A DNA stretch of 41,829 bases from Mycoplasmatota bacterium. Its GTDB lineage: Bacteria; Bacillota_I; Bacilli_A; RF39; UBA660. Both the position numbers and the translations under genes were made by a program. Within the stretch, counting starts at the first letter, position 1. Each line of letters begins with the position of its first letter. Below, piece by piece: positions 8,007 through 18,138 of this stretch. The DNA is taken from the NCBI GenBank assembly GCA_022768045.1, contig JALEND010000069.1, positions 1-41,829 of the forward strand, given 5' to 3'. The notes under the pieces are model-generated. The model was not told where the DNA came from, did not search any database, and saw only the letters and a program-made list of their open reading frames with translations.

Positions 8007-8729
8007 TTAATAATTATATACAAAAAACATTCTATCATTATCAGACAAATCCTTTTTTACTTCTACCTTTACATCCTTAAAATACTTTTTTACGATGTTT
8101 TTTATGTCATTTGCCTGGGTATTTCCTATTTCAAATGCAATCAAAAACTTATCATTCAAAATTTCTTTTGCTGTGGATAAAATTTTTTTATAATATTCTA
8201 ATCCATTATCCTGTGCATAAAGTGCTAAATGAGGTTCATTATTTTTAACTACATCTTCTATTTCTTCATCTAGTTTAATATAAGGAGGATTACTAACTAT
8301 AATATCAACCTTAATATTATTATCTATATATGGTTTTAACATATCCCCTTCATAAAAAGTGATATCTGCCTTAGTTTTAGTGCAATTTTTCTTTGCAACT
8401 ATAAGCGCATCAGGGCTTATATCTGATGCATATACATGACTTTTAAGTTCTTTTGATAAAGTAATTGCTATAGCTCCACTTCCAGTTCCTACGTCTATTA
8501 TAACTGGATTATTAAAGTTTTTTGATCTATTTATAACTTCATAAACTAATTCTTCTGTTTCACGCCTTGGTATAAGAACATTTTTATTTACATCTAACTC
8601 ATATCCATAAAAATTAACATTACCAACTATGTATTGTACAGCTTCATTATTATCTAGTCTTTTTATAGCATCTTCTAAGTTACCATTATAATACTTTTTT
8701 AAATACTCTATATTATAATCTCTTTCCAT
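8007..8729 (-). CDS. prmC: Release-factor glutamine N5-methyltransferase PrmC/HemK
   Basis: It has a SAM motif (IIDVGTGSGAIA) and an NPPY motif (VSNPPYI), and lies in the prfA neighbourhood. Start placed at MERDYN (8729), with AGGAGG 7 nt upstream. The start overlaps the upstream ORF by 17 nt. Confidence 0.85.
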   Translation of the reverse strand: MERDYNIEYLKKYYNGNLEDAIKRLDNNEAVQYIVGNVNFYGYELDVNKNVLIPRRETEELVYEVINRSKNFNNPVIIDVGTGSGAIAITLSKELKSHVYASDISPDALIVAKKNCTKTKADITFYEGDMLKPYIDNNIKVDIIVSNPPYIKLDEEIEDVVKNNEPHLALYAQDNGLEYYKKILSTAKEILNDKFLIAFEIGNTQANDIKNIVKKYFKDVKVEVKKDLSDNDRMFFVYNY

Positions 8730-10479
8730 AATAATCATCCTCCTTTCTATATGATTCTTGATATTTATCCGTTTCATACATACCATTATTTTTATTGTAT
8801 TTTTTACTATTTATAAGAAGTATAGGTAAATTATTATTTACTGAGCATATATAGGATTCTTCATTTATATTATCAAAGCATACTAAATAACTTGGCTTTA
8901 TAGGGTCTCTTTTTGTATCATATAATATTTCATTACAAGATTTTGTTTCTTTTAATAAATCATGTACATCATATATTTTATTTACTCTGTCAGTTCCAAA
9001 CTTTCCATTAGTAAATGAATCGGTATTAAAAGAATGTATTATTTTATCACTGGATATATTATCAAATCCAAATATGATACCATCTGGATTAAATACTCCT
9101 ATATGATTACTGCCTATTATACTAAGAGAAATAGTATCTTTAAATTTTTGATTCAAGGTTCCACAATGCACGCAAGATACAAAATCTTCACCATCTAGTT
9201 TATATACTGAAACTGACGAAATGAACTTTTCTTTATCATATAATTCTTTTCTTTCATTTAAATTAAGCAAATTATTTTGAATAGTTTTATAGCTTAAATC
9301 TCTAGCTGTTCTAAAATCATCATAATATTTATTAGTAATACTATTTCCAATCGATTTTTTTAGCAGATCTAATTGTTCTTCCTTATTTAACTTATCAAAG
9401 TTAAGTATTTTATTATATAATTTTCTCACACCTTCATTTAGATAAGGATTTTTACCATCGAACTCAGTAATGTTTTTTAAATTAATAAGTACATTATATG
9501 TATAATCCTCAAACAAATTATCACACACATATTCAAATTGTCTTAAAGTACTTATTTTAGCTAAATCATTATAAGCAATAATATCTTTATTACTTAATAA
9601 TTCTATAGGTATTTGGTTTATACTAGTACTATCTATGCCTTTTTCTGATATGTTTTTATATAAATTTATATATTCGTTAAACACGTAATTAGAATCTAGA
9701 TTAGATATTTTTTCATTTAAGTATTTTGTTCTACTTTTATTTATCTTATTTACTAATTCATAATTATTAACAGATAAATTATTAATAATGTTTCTATATA
9801 TATTTGGATTTTCCATATTAGCTACTTTTTTTATAAAATTATTATCATTTAATAATTCATCTTCAACTGAAATATTTTTTATTACTAAAGAAAAGTAAAC
9901 AAGTTGATTATTACTATAATTATTTATTATCTTTCTAACAACATCATAATTTAATAAATATTTAATAATAGATGGTTCAAATTTATTAAACATGTCATTA
10001 AATAAATAATTTTTACTTAAAATCAATACATTTTCATATGTTAGTAATTTTTTTAAAACATCATCAGAAAAGTATGATATTAAATATATTTTATGTGGGT
10101 TATTTTTCAAAATATAATTAAATACTTGTGTAGCTAGCTCAAAATCAAAATAACTATAATCATTATTATTATAAGGTTTAATAACAAAGCTCATAACTTT
10201 TTCACTTACATTTTTAAGACAAGCTGGATATGACTGCATTATAGCATTAAATTTATATAAAGCTTTATCATCCTTATCAATTATTTCTTCAAGATATTTA
10301 TTATTAAGTAATATTGATTTTGATTTTTCATCTAAATCCTGAACTAACCATACAAAAGCATAATGATTTTCATTTTGTAATAAATAACTTCTAAGTTCAT
10401 CAGTATTTAATAATTCATCAGTTTTATTTTTAATAACATATTCTTTTAACAATTCACCTTTGTAATTATAAAAATTCAT
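8713..10479 (-). CDS. Orphan 588-aa cytoplasmic protein inserted between prfA and prmC
   Basis: A long uninterrupted ORF with an RBS (AGAGG). There is no TM segment or signal peptide. The N-terminal two-thirds is Asn/Tyr/Leu-rich and looks helical. The C-terminal ~170 aa is different (VSCVHCGT...SLSIIGSNHIGVF...IIFGFDN...HSFNTDSFTNG). I recognise no family or catalytic motif. Confidence 0.72.
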   Translation of the reverse strand: MNFYNYKGELLKEYVIKNKTDELLNTDELRSYLLQNENHYAFVWLVQDLDEKSKSILLNNKYLEEIIDKDDKALYKFNAIMQSYPACLKNVSEKVMSFVIKPYNNNDYSYFDFELATQVFNYILKNNPHKIYLISYFSDDVLKKLLTYENVLILSKNYLFNDMFNKFEPSIIKYLLNYDVVRKIINNYSNNQLVYFSLVIKNISVEDELLNDNNFIKKVANMENPNIYRNIINNLSVNNYELVNKINKSRTKYLNEKISNLDSNYVFNEYINLYKNISEKGIDSTSINQIPIELLSNKDIIAYNDLAKISTLRQFEYVCDNLFEDYTYNVLINLKNITEFDGKNPYLNEGVRKLYNKILNFDKLNKEEQLDLLKKSIGNSITNKYYDDFRTARDLSYKTIQNNLLNLNERKELYDKEKFISSVSVYKLDGEDFVSCVHCGTLNQKFKDTISLSIIGSNHIGVFNPDGIIFGFDNISSDKIIHSFNTDSFTNGKFGTDRVNKIYDVHDLLKETKSCNEILYDTKRDPIKPSYLVCFDNINEESYICSVNNNLPILLINSKKYNKNNGMYETDKYQESYRKEDDYYGKRL

Positions 10480-10522
10480 AACATCTAACCTCTTTATTAA
10501 TTATAGCACAAAAAAAGCTGAA

Positions 10523-11578
10523 TTACTCTCCAGCTAATTTTCTCTTTTGATCTTCAGTAATTAATGCTTCAATTATTTCATCTAACTTACCATTCATTAC
10601 TCTATCAAGTGAATTTATCGTAAATCCTATTCGGTGATCAGTCACCCTATTTTGCGGATAATTATAAGTTCTTATTTTTTCAGATCTATCACCAGTACCT
10701 ATTTTACTTCTTCTTTCAGCACCAATTTCTTTTTCTTGCTCTCTCATTTTTAAATCATAAACTCTTGATTGTAAAATCTTCATAGCAATTTCCTTATTCT
10801 TTATTTGAGATCTTTCTGTCTGAGAATAAACTATTATACCAGTAGGTATATGTGTTAATCTTACAGCACTATCAGTTGTATTAACTCCTTGACCACCATT
10901 TCCTGATGCTCTTGTAATATCTACCCTAACATCATTCATATCAAGTTTAAAATCAACATCATCTATCTCAGGCATTACAAGTACTGTTGCAGTCGATGTA
11001 TGAACTCTTCCTTGCGATTCTGTTGAAGGTACCCTTTGGACTCTGTGTGCGCCTGATTCATACTTTAATTTTGAATATGCGCCCTTACCTTTTACCATGA
11101 AAGATATTTCAGAAAAACCACCACTAGCACTTGGTGTACTATTTAAGTTTTCTACCTTAAAGCCCTCTTTTTCTGCATACTTAATATACATATCATATAA
11201 GTCACCAGCAAAAATATTAGCTTCATCTCCTCCAGCAGCACCTCTTATTTCAATAATAATGTTTTTCTCATCATTAGGATCCTTTGGAAGAAGTAATATC
11301 TCAAGTTGTTTTTCTAACTCTTTTTGTTTTTCTAATTGTTTTTCCTCTTCAGCCTTTGCAAATTCTCCAAGTTCTGGATCATTTACTAATTCTTTAGCTT
11401 CTTTATAATCTTCTTTTGCTTTTAAATACTCATTATAACACTGTAATATTTCAGATAAATCCGATTGTTCCTTAGATAATTTAGTTGTTTTTGCAATATC
11501 ACTTATTACTTCTGGTTTAGTAAGTTCATTAGTAATAAACTCACTTCTTTTTTTTATATCTTCTAGTCTTTCAAACAT
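10523..11578 (-). CDS. prfA: Peptide chain release factor 1
   Basis: It carries an RF1-type tripeptide region ([17 protein letters not shown]), a GGQ loop ([21 protein letters not shown]) and an RF1-like length. Confidence 0.95.
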   Translation of the reverse strand: MFERLEDIKKRSEFITNELTKPEVISDIAKTTKLSKEQSDLSEILQCYNEYLKAKEDYKEAKELVNDPELGEFAKAEEEKQLEKQKELEKQLEILLLPKDPNDEKNIIIEIRGAAGGDEANIFAGDLYDMYIKYAEKEGFKVENLNSTPSASGGFSEISFMVKGKGAYSKLKYESGAHRVQRVPSTESQGRVHTSTATVLVMPEIDDVDFKLDMNDVRVDITRASGNGGQGVNTTDSAVRLTHIPTGIIVYSQTERSQIKNKEIAMKILQSRVYDLKMREQEKEIGAERRSKIGTGDRSEKIRTYNYPQNRVTDHRIGFTINSLDRVMNGKLDEIIEALITEDQKRKLAGE

Positions 11579-11579
11579 A

Positions 11580-12011
11580 TTATTCTTCTTCTAACTCTTC
11601 TTCAGTTAATATTGCTAAATCACTTAAGTCATCATCATCGTCATCATATTCTTCTTCATTACCAATTACAGCTTCATCTTCAATTTCAACTTCTTCTTTT
11701 TCAGGTTCTTCTGTATCAGCTGACTCTTCTTCTTCATCTTCTTCATCTACTATTTTTGCAACTGAGTGAAACTCTTTTAAATCCCATTCTGCATTATCAA
11801 GTAAAATAAATCTCTTATCAGTAGTTAATGTTGTATAAAAGTCTCCTATCATTTCAAACATAGCATCTTCATTTATTTCTAACAAAGAACACACTTCTTT
11901 AAATAACACTGGTGTTGTCTTTGTTTTTTTATCTAATTTTAACAATTCATATGCTATATCAGCATAAGATAATAATTCTAATTCCTCTAAAGGCATTTGT
12001 CTAACATTCAT
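11580..12011 (-). CDS. rpoE: RNA polymerase delta subunit
   Basis: The N-terminal globular domain ([11 protein letters not shown]...[14 protein letters not shown]) is followed by a ~60-aa Asp/Glu tail. This is the RpoE architecture of Bacilli, Erysipelotrichia and Mollicutes. Confidence 0.85.
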   Translation of the reverse strand: MNVRQMPLEELELLSYADIAYELLKLDKKTKTTPVLFKEVCSLLEINEDAMFEMIGDFYTTLTTDKRFILLDNAEWDLKEFHSVAKIVDEEDEEEESADTEEPEKEEVEIEDEAVIGNEEEYDDDDDDLSDLAILTEEELEEE

Positions 12012-12023
12012 TATTTATTCCTC

Positions 12024-13655
12024 CTACATTTTTTCTGGTGCATCAACACCTATTAATTTTAAAGCGTTAGTTATAGTTATACCAACAGTTTTAATTAATC
12101 CTAAACGTTCTTTAGACATTTGTATATCATCAGTTAATATTTTATGTTTACCATAATAATTATGGAACATACTAGCTAATTCATACACATAATTAGTAAT
12201 TAAATGTGGTTCTTTTTTTAATGCAGCACTTTGTGTAACTTCATTAAATTCATATACCTTAAGTAGTAATGATTTAGAATCTTCATCTAATATATTCTTA
12301 ATATTTGTTTCAATATTTATGTTTTTACTTTCTGCATCTCTTAGAATAGAACATATTCTGGCGTTAGCATATCCAACATAAAAGAAAGGATTTTCACTTG
12401 ATTTCTTTAATGCTAAATTAATATCAAAATCCATTTGACCATCTAAGCTTCTTGTTGCAAAGAAATATCTAGCAGCATCTTTTCCAATTTCATCTACAAG
12501 TTCAGAAATAGTAATATTACCACCAGTTCTTTTACTCATTTTAACGATTTCACCATCACGAAGAAGTCTTACCATTTGAAGTAATCTAACCTCTAACTTA
12601 TCTTTATCATATCCTAAAGCTTCAATACTAGCTTTTAATCTAGATACATAGCTGTGATGATCTGCACCAAAAACATCAACTAAGTAGTCAAATCCACGAT
12701 CAAACTTATCTAAATGATATGCTATATCAGGAACTAAATATGTATAACTACCATCAGTTTTTACAAGAACTCTATCTTTATCATCACCATAAACAGTTGT
12801 TTTAAGCCACGTTGCATCTTCTTTTTTATATACTAATCCTTTTTCATTTAGTATTTTTAAAGACTCCTCAATTCTTCCCTTAGCACGAATACTTTTTTCA
12901 CTTGTCCACACATCAAAAGTAACACCAAAGTCAGATAAATCTTTTTTTATTATACCTAATAAATAGTTAACTGCTACCTTTTTAAAATACTCTAAGTCTT
13001 CATCTAGTTTTGTATCTTTATATTCATCATAAATATTTTTAGCTATATCAACTATTTCAGAGCCATAATAACCATCTTCTGGCATGTTTTCTTCTAGTCC
13101 ACATAAACCTTTATATCTTTCTTTTAAAGAAACTCCTAGGTTAATTATTTGGTTCCCTGCATCATTTATATAATATTCTTTTGTAACATCATACCCTGCA
13201 AAAGACATAATATTAGCAAGATTAGATCCATATGCAGCACCACGCGCTGTACCTAAATGAAGAATACCTGTTGGATTAGCACTAACAAATTCTATATTTA
13301 CTTTCTTATTATTTCCTATGTTTGATTTACCATAAGAAGCATCTTGTTTTATTACATCAGATATTCCGCTAAAAACATATTCATCTTTTAAATAAATATT
13401 AATAAAACCTGGTCCAGCTATCTCTACATTTTTTATTTCATCAGTGTTTTTTAAAATAACTTCTATTATTTTTGATGCTATAGCTCTTGGGTTATCTTTA
13501 AGGATTCTTGTAAGTTGCATCGCTATATTACTTGAAAAATCCCCCTGTTCCCTTTTCTTAGGAACCTCAACTACTATGTTTTCCTCATCAAAATCAATAG
13601 ATAATGTCTTAAGCGCATTAGCAATTATTTCTTTTATCTTTTGTTTTAGATTCAT
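12024..13655 (-). CDS. argS: Arginine--tRNA ligase
   Basis: It has a class I HIGH-type motif (ANPTGILHLGTARG), a KMSK motif (VKMSKRTG) and an ArgRS-like length. Start placed at MNLKQK (13655), forming a TAATG overlap with the upstream gene. Confidence 0.95.
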   Translation of the reverse strand: MNLKQKIKEIIANALKTLSIDFDEENIVVEVPKKREQGDFSSNIAMQLTRILKDNPRAIASKIIEVILKNTDEIKNVEIAGPGFINIYLKDEYVFSGISDVIKQDASYGKSNIGNNKKVNIEFVSANPTGILHLGTARGAAYGSNLANIMSFAGYDVTKEYYINDAGNQIINLGVSLKERYKGLCGLEENMPEDGYYGSEIVDIAKNIYDEYKDTKLDEDLEYFKKVAVNYLLGIIKKDLSDFGVTFDVWTSEKSIRAKGRIEESLKILNEKGLVYKKEDATWLKTTVYGDDKDRVLVKTDGSYTYLVPDIAYHLDKFDRGFDYLVDVFGADHHSYVSRLKASIEALGYDKDKLEVRLLQMVRLLRDGEIVKMSKRTGGNITISELVDEIGKDAARYFFATRSLDGQMDFDINLALKKSSENPFFYVGYANARICSILRDAESKNINIETNIKNILDEDSKSLLLKVYEFNEVTQSAALKKEPHLITNYVYELASMFHNYYGKHKILTDDIQMSKERLGLIKTVGITITNALKLIGVDAPEKM

Positions 13656-14029
13656 TATAAATCTCTCCATTCTAATTCATACTTAAATCTATCACTAAAC
13701 TCACCATTCATGTATAAATCATATTCTATAATTATATTATTATCATTTATAACAAGTTCTTTAGTTATAGACTCTAGTTTTAATTCTATCCCCAAATCTT
13801 TAATAACATATTTTGTTATTATAGACTTATTCTTTTCAAACTCTAAGTATATCTTCATATCTTTGTTTTCTCTTTCAAAAAAAACCTTATTATTTAAAAA
13901 AGTTATTTTTATAATAACGCCCTTATGATTATATGTAATTGTATTATCTTTTAAAATTCCTTTTTTCCCTTTTAGTACATCATTTTCTTTTGTTGATTTT
14001 ATATTATGATTAATTATAACTTTAGACAT
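13655..14029 (-). CDS. DUF1934-family small beta-barrel protein (YwiB-like)
   Basis: 124 aa. The position immediately upstream of argS, with translational coupling, matches B. subtilis ywiB-argS. The beta-rich alternating pattern is consistent with DUF1934. Confidence 0.6.
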   Translation of the reverse strand: MSKVIINHNIKSTKENDVLKGKKGILKDNTITYNHKGVIIKITFLNNKVFFERENKDMKIYLEFEKNKSIITKYVIKDLGIELKLESITKELVINDNNIIIEYDLYMNGEFSDRFKYELEWRDL

Positions 14030-14058
14030 AAAAACACCCTTAAAATTTTTCTAGTGTC

Positions 14059-14087
14059 AATATAGCATAGATAAGAAAAAAGGTCAA
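14059..14087 (-). promoter_or_regulatory. Sigma-A promoter for DUF1934-argS
   Basis: The minus strand reads TTGACC (14087-14082), a 17-nt spacer ending in TGC (extended -10), then TATATT (14064-14059). The leader is short. Confidence 0.55.
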
Positions 14088-14232
14088 CATCTAAATTTGG
14101 TTTTATGTATTATAAATTATGTTTTTATAAATGATTTTTTTATAATATTTTATTTATTTTTACCAATAATAAAATTAGAAAGAAGGTGATTTTATAAAAA
14201 AAATTAATAAAATTTGTTTAATAATCACCTTT

Positions 14233-16149
14233 ATGATGTTATTATTTTGCTTTGTTTTTAGTATAGCTTTTGTAGTTGCTAAATATAATAACAAAATTAA
14301 TATTAAATCATCTAATAATATTTATATGTACGATGGTGAAAACAAAAGTTTTTATGAAGGAAACAACGGTACTAAAAAGTGGATAAGTATTAAAAACATA
14401 TCAAAAGATTTAATTAACGCAACAATATATTCAGAAGATAAAAACTTCTATGAACACACTGGATTTGATATACCTAGAATATTTAAATCTGCATTTATTA
14501 ATATTAAATCAAAAGACTTAAAAGAAGGTGCATCTACTATAACACAGCAGTATGCTAGAAACCTATTTTTAACCTTTGATAAAACCTGGGAAAGAAAAAT
14601 CAAAGAAGCTTGGTATGCATTTAAACTTGAAACTGAGTATTCAAAAGAGGAAATACTAGAAGGATATTTAAATACAATAAACTACGGAAATGGAATTTTA
14701 GGTATAGAAAATGCATCACTTTATTATTTTAATAAGTCTGCAAAAGATTTAAATTTAGCAGAAGCATCTATGTTAGCTGGTATTCCAAAGTCACCTAACA
14801 ATTATTCACCACTTAACAATGAAACTAAGGCAAAGGAAAGACAAAAAAATATTCTTAACATATTATTAAATAATAAAGTAATAACTAAAAAAGAGTATAA
14901 TAATGCAACTAATACAAAATTAACATATTATGGTAAAAAAGAAAATTTAAATCTTAGTACACTTATGTATTATCAAGATGCTGTAGTTAAAGAACTTAAT
15001 GAATTAAAAGTGGTTAGTGAAGATACAATAAGAAAAAAGGGTTTAAAAATATATACAACGTTAGATATTAAGGCTCAAACTGTATTAGAAGATGCTATTA
15101 ACAAAAATCTAGAAAATAAAAAAGAAATGCAAACAGCAGGTTTAGTGATGAATCCTAAAAACGGAAATATACTTGCATTAGCTGGAGGTAAAGATTATTC
15201 AAAATCTCAGTATAATAGAGCTATAAGTGCTAAAAGACAGGTAGGATCAGCTATGAAACCAATACTATACTATTCTGCCTTAGAAAACGGTCTTACATCT
15301 TCTACTACTTTTCTTTCTAAACCTACTACATTTACATTAGATAATGGTGCAACTTATTCTCCAAAAAATTTTAGTAACATATACCCAAATGATGAAATTA
15401 CAATGGCACTTGCAATATGTTATTCTGATAATATTTATGCTATTAAAACGCATCTATTTTTGGGAGAAAACACTTTAGTTAAGCAAGCTAAAAAGATGGG
15501 CATAACAAGTAAATTAGATGCTAATGCATCTCTTCCACTTGGAACAAATGAAATAAGTTTAAATGAGTTTGTTAGTGCTTATTCTATGTTTGCAAACACC
15601 GGGTATAGTGTCAAGGGACACTTAATAACTAAAATAGAAGATATAAAAGGTAACTTAATATATGAATATAAGCATAAAAAGAAAAGAGTATTAGATAAAT
15701 CTTATACTTATATACTATCGGAACTTCTTTCTAACACAACAGACAGAAAATTAAAAAGTTATACTTCTCCTACAGCTGCTTCAATATCTTTAAAACTAAC
15801 AAAAAAATATGCTATTAAAACAGGTACTACGGATTATGATTTGTGGACTGTTGGATATAATCCAGACGCCGTAGTTGGAATTTGGACAGGATATGATGAT
15901 AATAGAAAATTAAAAAAAGAGTATAAATATTCTAAAAACATATGGGCAGATACAATCGAAAATTACTTAAGAGAAAAAAAGGAAAAATGGTACGAAAAGC
16001 CTGATAATGTTAATGGGGTTTTAACTGATTTAAACACAGGAAAAGTTGCAACTAATTCTTCTAAACTTAAAAAAATATTATACTATATAAAAGGAACTGA
16101 ACCAGATAATATAAATTCTAAAAAAGAAAAAACGGCTAACAATAATTAG
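14233..16149 (+). CDS. Class A penicillin-binding protein (glycosyltransferase plus transpeptidase). Coordinates are ATG-defined; the start is probably 14194 (AUA).
   Basis: GT51 motifs are EDKNFYEHTGFD and GASTITQQ. Transpeptidase motifs are SAMKP (SxxK), SDN and KTGTT. There is an N-terminal TM anchor. Confidence 0.9.
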   Translation: MMLLFCFVFSIAFVVAKYNNKINIKSSNNIYMYDGENKSFYEGNNGTKKWISIKNISKDLINATIYSEDKNFYEHTGFDIPRIFKSAFINIKSKDLKEGASTITQQYARNLFLTFDKTWERKIKEAWYAFKLETEYSKEEILEGYLNTINYGNGILGIENASLYYFNKSAKDLNLAEASMLAGIPKSPNNYSPLNNETKAKERQKNILNILLNNKVITKKEYNNATNTKLTYYGKKENLNLSTLMYYQDAVVKELNELKVVSEDTIRKKGLKIYTTLDIKAQTVLEDAINKNLENKKEMQTAGLVMNPKNGNILALAGGKDYSKSQYNRAISAKRQVGSAMKPILYYSALENGLTSSTTFLSKPTTFTLDNGATYSPKNFSNIYPNDEITMALAICYSDNIYAIKTHLFLGENTLVKQAKKMGITSKLDANASLPLGTNEISLNEFVSAYSMFANTGYSVKGHLITKIEDIKGNLIYEYKHKKKRVLDKSYTYILSELLSNTTDRKLKSYTSPTAASISLKLTKKYAIKTGTTDYDLWTVGYNPDAVVGIWTGYDDNRKLKKEYKYSKNIWADTIENYLREKKEKWYEKPDNVNGVLTDLNTGKVATNSSKLKKILYYIKGTEPDNINSKKEKTANNN

Positions 16150-18137
16150 TCGTTTTCTTTCTTTTCTTTATCCACTTCTTTTGATAAAGCTTTTTTTAAT
16201 TCTTCCTTATTCATTGAAGAATATCCTTTTATATCCTCTTCCTTAGCCATTTCTTTTAATTTAGATAAAGATACATCATCCAACATATCTTCTTTAGGCA
16301 TTTTACCTGTTTGAGCTAAACTATCTATCTGCTCTTTAGTAAGAGTTTCATGTTCTAATAATGAATTTGCTATTAAATCAAGTAAATCCCTGTTTTTTTC
16401 AATTATTTTCTTAGCTTTAGCATAACAATCATTCATCATTTTTCTTACTTCATTATCAACTTCTAAAGCCACTTGTTCTGAGAAGTTTCTGTTTTTATTA
16501 TAATCTCTTCCTAGAAAAGCACTACCTTCAGGAGTTTCTAATTGAACTGGACCAAGACTTGACATACCATACTCTGTTACCATACTTCTTGCTATTTTTG
16601 TAGCCTTAGAAAAGTCATTGTGAGCACCTGTTGTTATTTCACCAAAAACAATTTCTTCTGCAACACGACCACCAAGTAATCCCATTATTTGTTCTAATAA
16701 CTCCGTTTTAGTTGCAGTATACTTTTCTTCTTTAGGAAGCATTAAATTGTATCCACCAGCCTCACCACGAGGAATAATAGTTACCTTTTGAACATCATTT
16801 GCATTATCTAATTTTATACCTAACACAGCATGACCAGCTTCATGATATGCTACTAATTTCTTTTCATCTGGAGTATATTTTTTAGTTACCTTAGCAGGTC
16901 CCATAATAACTCTATCTATTGCTTCATCTATTTCAGACATAGTTATAGCAGTCTTTTCTCTTCTTACTGCTAAAAGTGCTGCTTCATTAAGTAAGTTTTC
17001 TAAATCTGCTCCAGAAAAACCTACAGTACGTTTTGCAATACTATCTAAATGTACGTTTTTAGATAATATTTTATTTCTAGCATGTACTTTTAATATTTCT
17101 TCCCTAGCCTTTTGTTCAGGTAAAGCAACCGTTACTTGTCTATCAAATCTACCTGGTCTTAAAAGTGCTGGATCAAGTACATCTGGTCTATTAGTTGCTG
17201 CTATTATAATAATTCCTTCATTAGCACCAAAACCATCCATTTCAGTTAATAATTGATTTAAAGTTTGTTCTCTTTCATCATGGCCACCGCCTATTCCTGT
17301 ACCACGTTGACGTCCAACAGCATCTATCTCATCAATAAATATTAAACATGGGGCATTTTGTTTAGCTTGTTTAAACATATCTCTAACACGTGATGCACCT
17401 ACACCAACATATAATTCTACGAAATCAGAACCTGATATAAAGTAAAATGGTGCATTAGCTTCACCTGCTACAGCTTTTGCAAGTAATGTTTTACCAGTTC
17501 CTGGAGGACCTACAAGTAAAACTCCTTTAGGTATTCTTGCACCTAACTTAGTAAACTTCTTAGGATTTTTTAAGAAATCTATTAATTCTTGTAATTCTTC
17601 CTTTTCCTCTGGTAAACCAGCTACATCCTTAAACGTTACTTTTCCTCTATCTGGATTTAATTTAGCTCTACTTCTTCCAAAATCCATAGACCCTTTTTGT
17701 CCACCTAATTGCTTAGTAAAGAACCAAAAAGCAATACCTATTAATATCAAATAAGGAGCTACATTAACTAAGAAAACAAACCATGTACTAGATGATGGAT
17801 CAGACTTAGAAACTATCTTAAAATCCTTCTTTTCACTAGCATTGACTATTTTCTTTATAACTGTATCAGATAAAGGAGTTTTAACTACAAATGTTTCTCC
17901 TTTTTTAGCATCTCTTAACTTACCAGTTATTTGATAAGTATAAGCATCAGTTGATGGAGTTATAACAACTTCTTTTATATTATTTTTATTTAATGCTTTA
18001 TTAAATTGGTTATACGTCAATTGTTTAGTATTATTATTTGATGTACTATAAAAAAACATTATAGCAATTCCAATAACCAATAATAAAACATAAGGAAACA
18101 TACCTTTTTTCATTTCTTGATTATTTTTTTGTATCAT
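16146..18137 (-). CDS. ftsH: ATP-dependent zinc metalloprotease FtsH
   Basis: It has two N-terminal TM segments, Walker A GPPGTGKT, Walker B IIFIDEID-like (LIFIDEID), the SRH region and the HEAGH zinc site. Confidence 0.97.
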   Translation of the reverse strand: MIQKNNQEMKKGMFPYVLLLVIGIAIMFFYSTSNNNTKQLTYNQFNKALNKNNIKEVVITPSTDAYTYQITGKLRDAKKGETFVVKTPLSDTVIKKIVNASEKKDFKIVSKSDPSSSTWFVFLVNVAPYLILIGIAFWFFTKQLGGQKGSMDFGRSRAKLNPDRGKVTFKDVAGLPEEKEELQELIDFLKNPKKFTKLGARIPKGVLLVGPPGTGKTLLAKAVAGEANAPFYFISGSDFVELYVGVGASRVRDMFKQAKQNAPCLIFIDEIDAVGRQRGTGIGGGHDEREQTLNQLLTEMDGFGANEGIIIIAATNRPDVLDPALLRPGRFDRQVTVALPEQKAREEILKVHARNKILSKNVHLDSIAKRTVGFSGADLENLLNEAALLAVRREKTAITMSEIDEAIDRVIMGPAKVTKKYTPDEKKLVAYHEAGHAVLGIKLDNANDVQKVTIIPRGEAGGYNLMLPKEEKYTATKTELLEQIMGLLGGRVAEEIVFGEITTGAHNDFSKATKIARSMVTEYGMSSLGPVQLETPEGSAFLGRDYNKNRNFSEQVALEVDNEVRKMMNDCYAKAKKIIEKNRDLLDLIANSLLEHETLTKEQIDSLAQTGKMPKEDMLDDVSLSKLKEMAKEEDIKGYSSMNKEELKKALSKEVDKEKKEND

Positions 18138-18138
18138 A

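Noticed and set aside
8007-10479. The NPPY methyltransferase plus the large unknown protein, considered as a restriction-modification or defence-like pair
   Set aside because: The methyltransferase has PrmC/HemK length and motifs and sits in the prfA operon, as in B. subtilis. The 588-aa protein shows no nuclease, helicase or ATPase motifs. The orphan is reported as a finding, but not as a defence system.
11097-11809. Plus-strand ORFs 11097-11408 and 11612-11809
   Set aside because: They are antisense to prfA and to the acidic tail of rpoE. The L/H/Q repeat product is simply the reverse complement of the Glu/Asp codons.
13444-13928. Plus-strand ORFs 13444-13686 and 13710-13928
   Set aside because: They are antisense to argS and the DUF1934 gene and have no translation signals.
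14030-14232. Possible T-box leader upstream of argS
   Set aside because: The promoter-to-start distance for the DUF1934-argS unit is only ~30 nt. I saw no specifier-loop or T-box (AANNNGGGTGGTACCGCG-like) sequence, and the remaining spacer is AT-rich divergent-promoter DNA.
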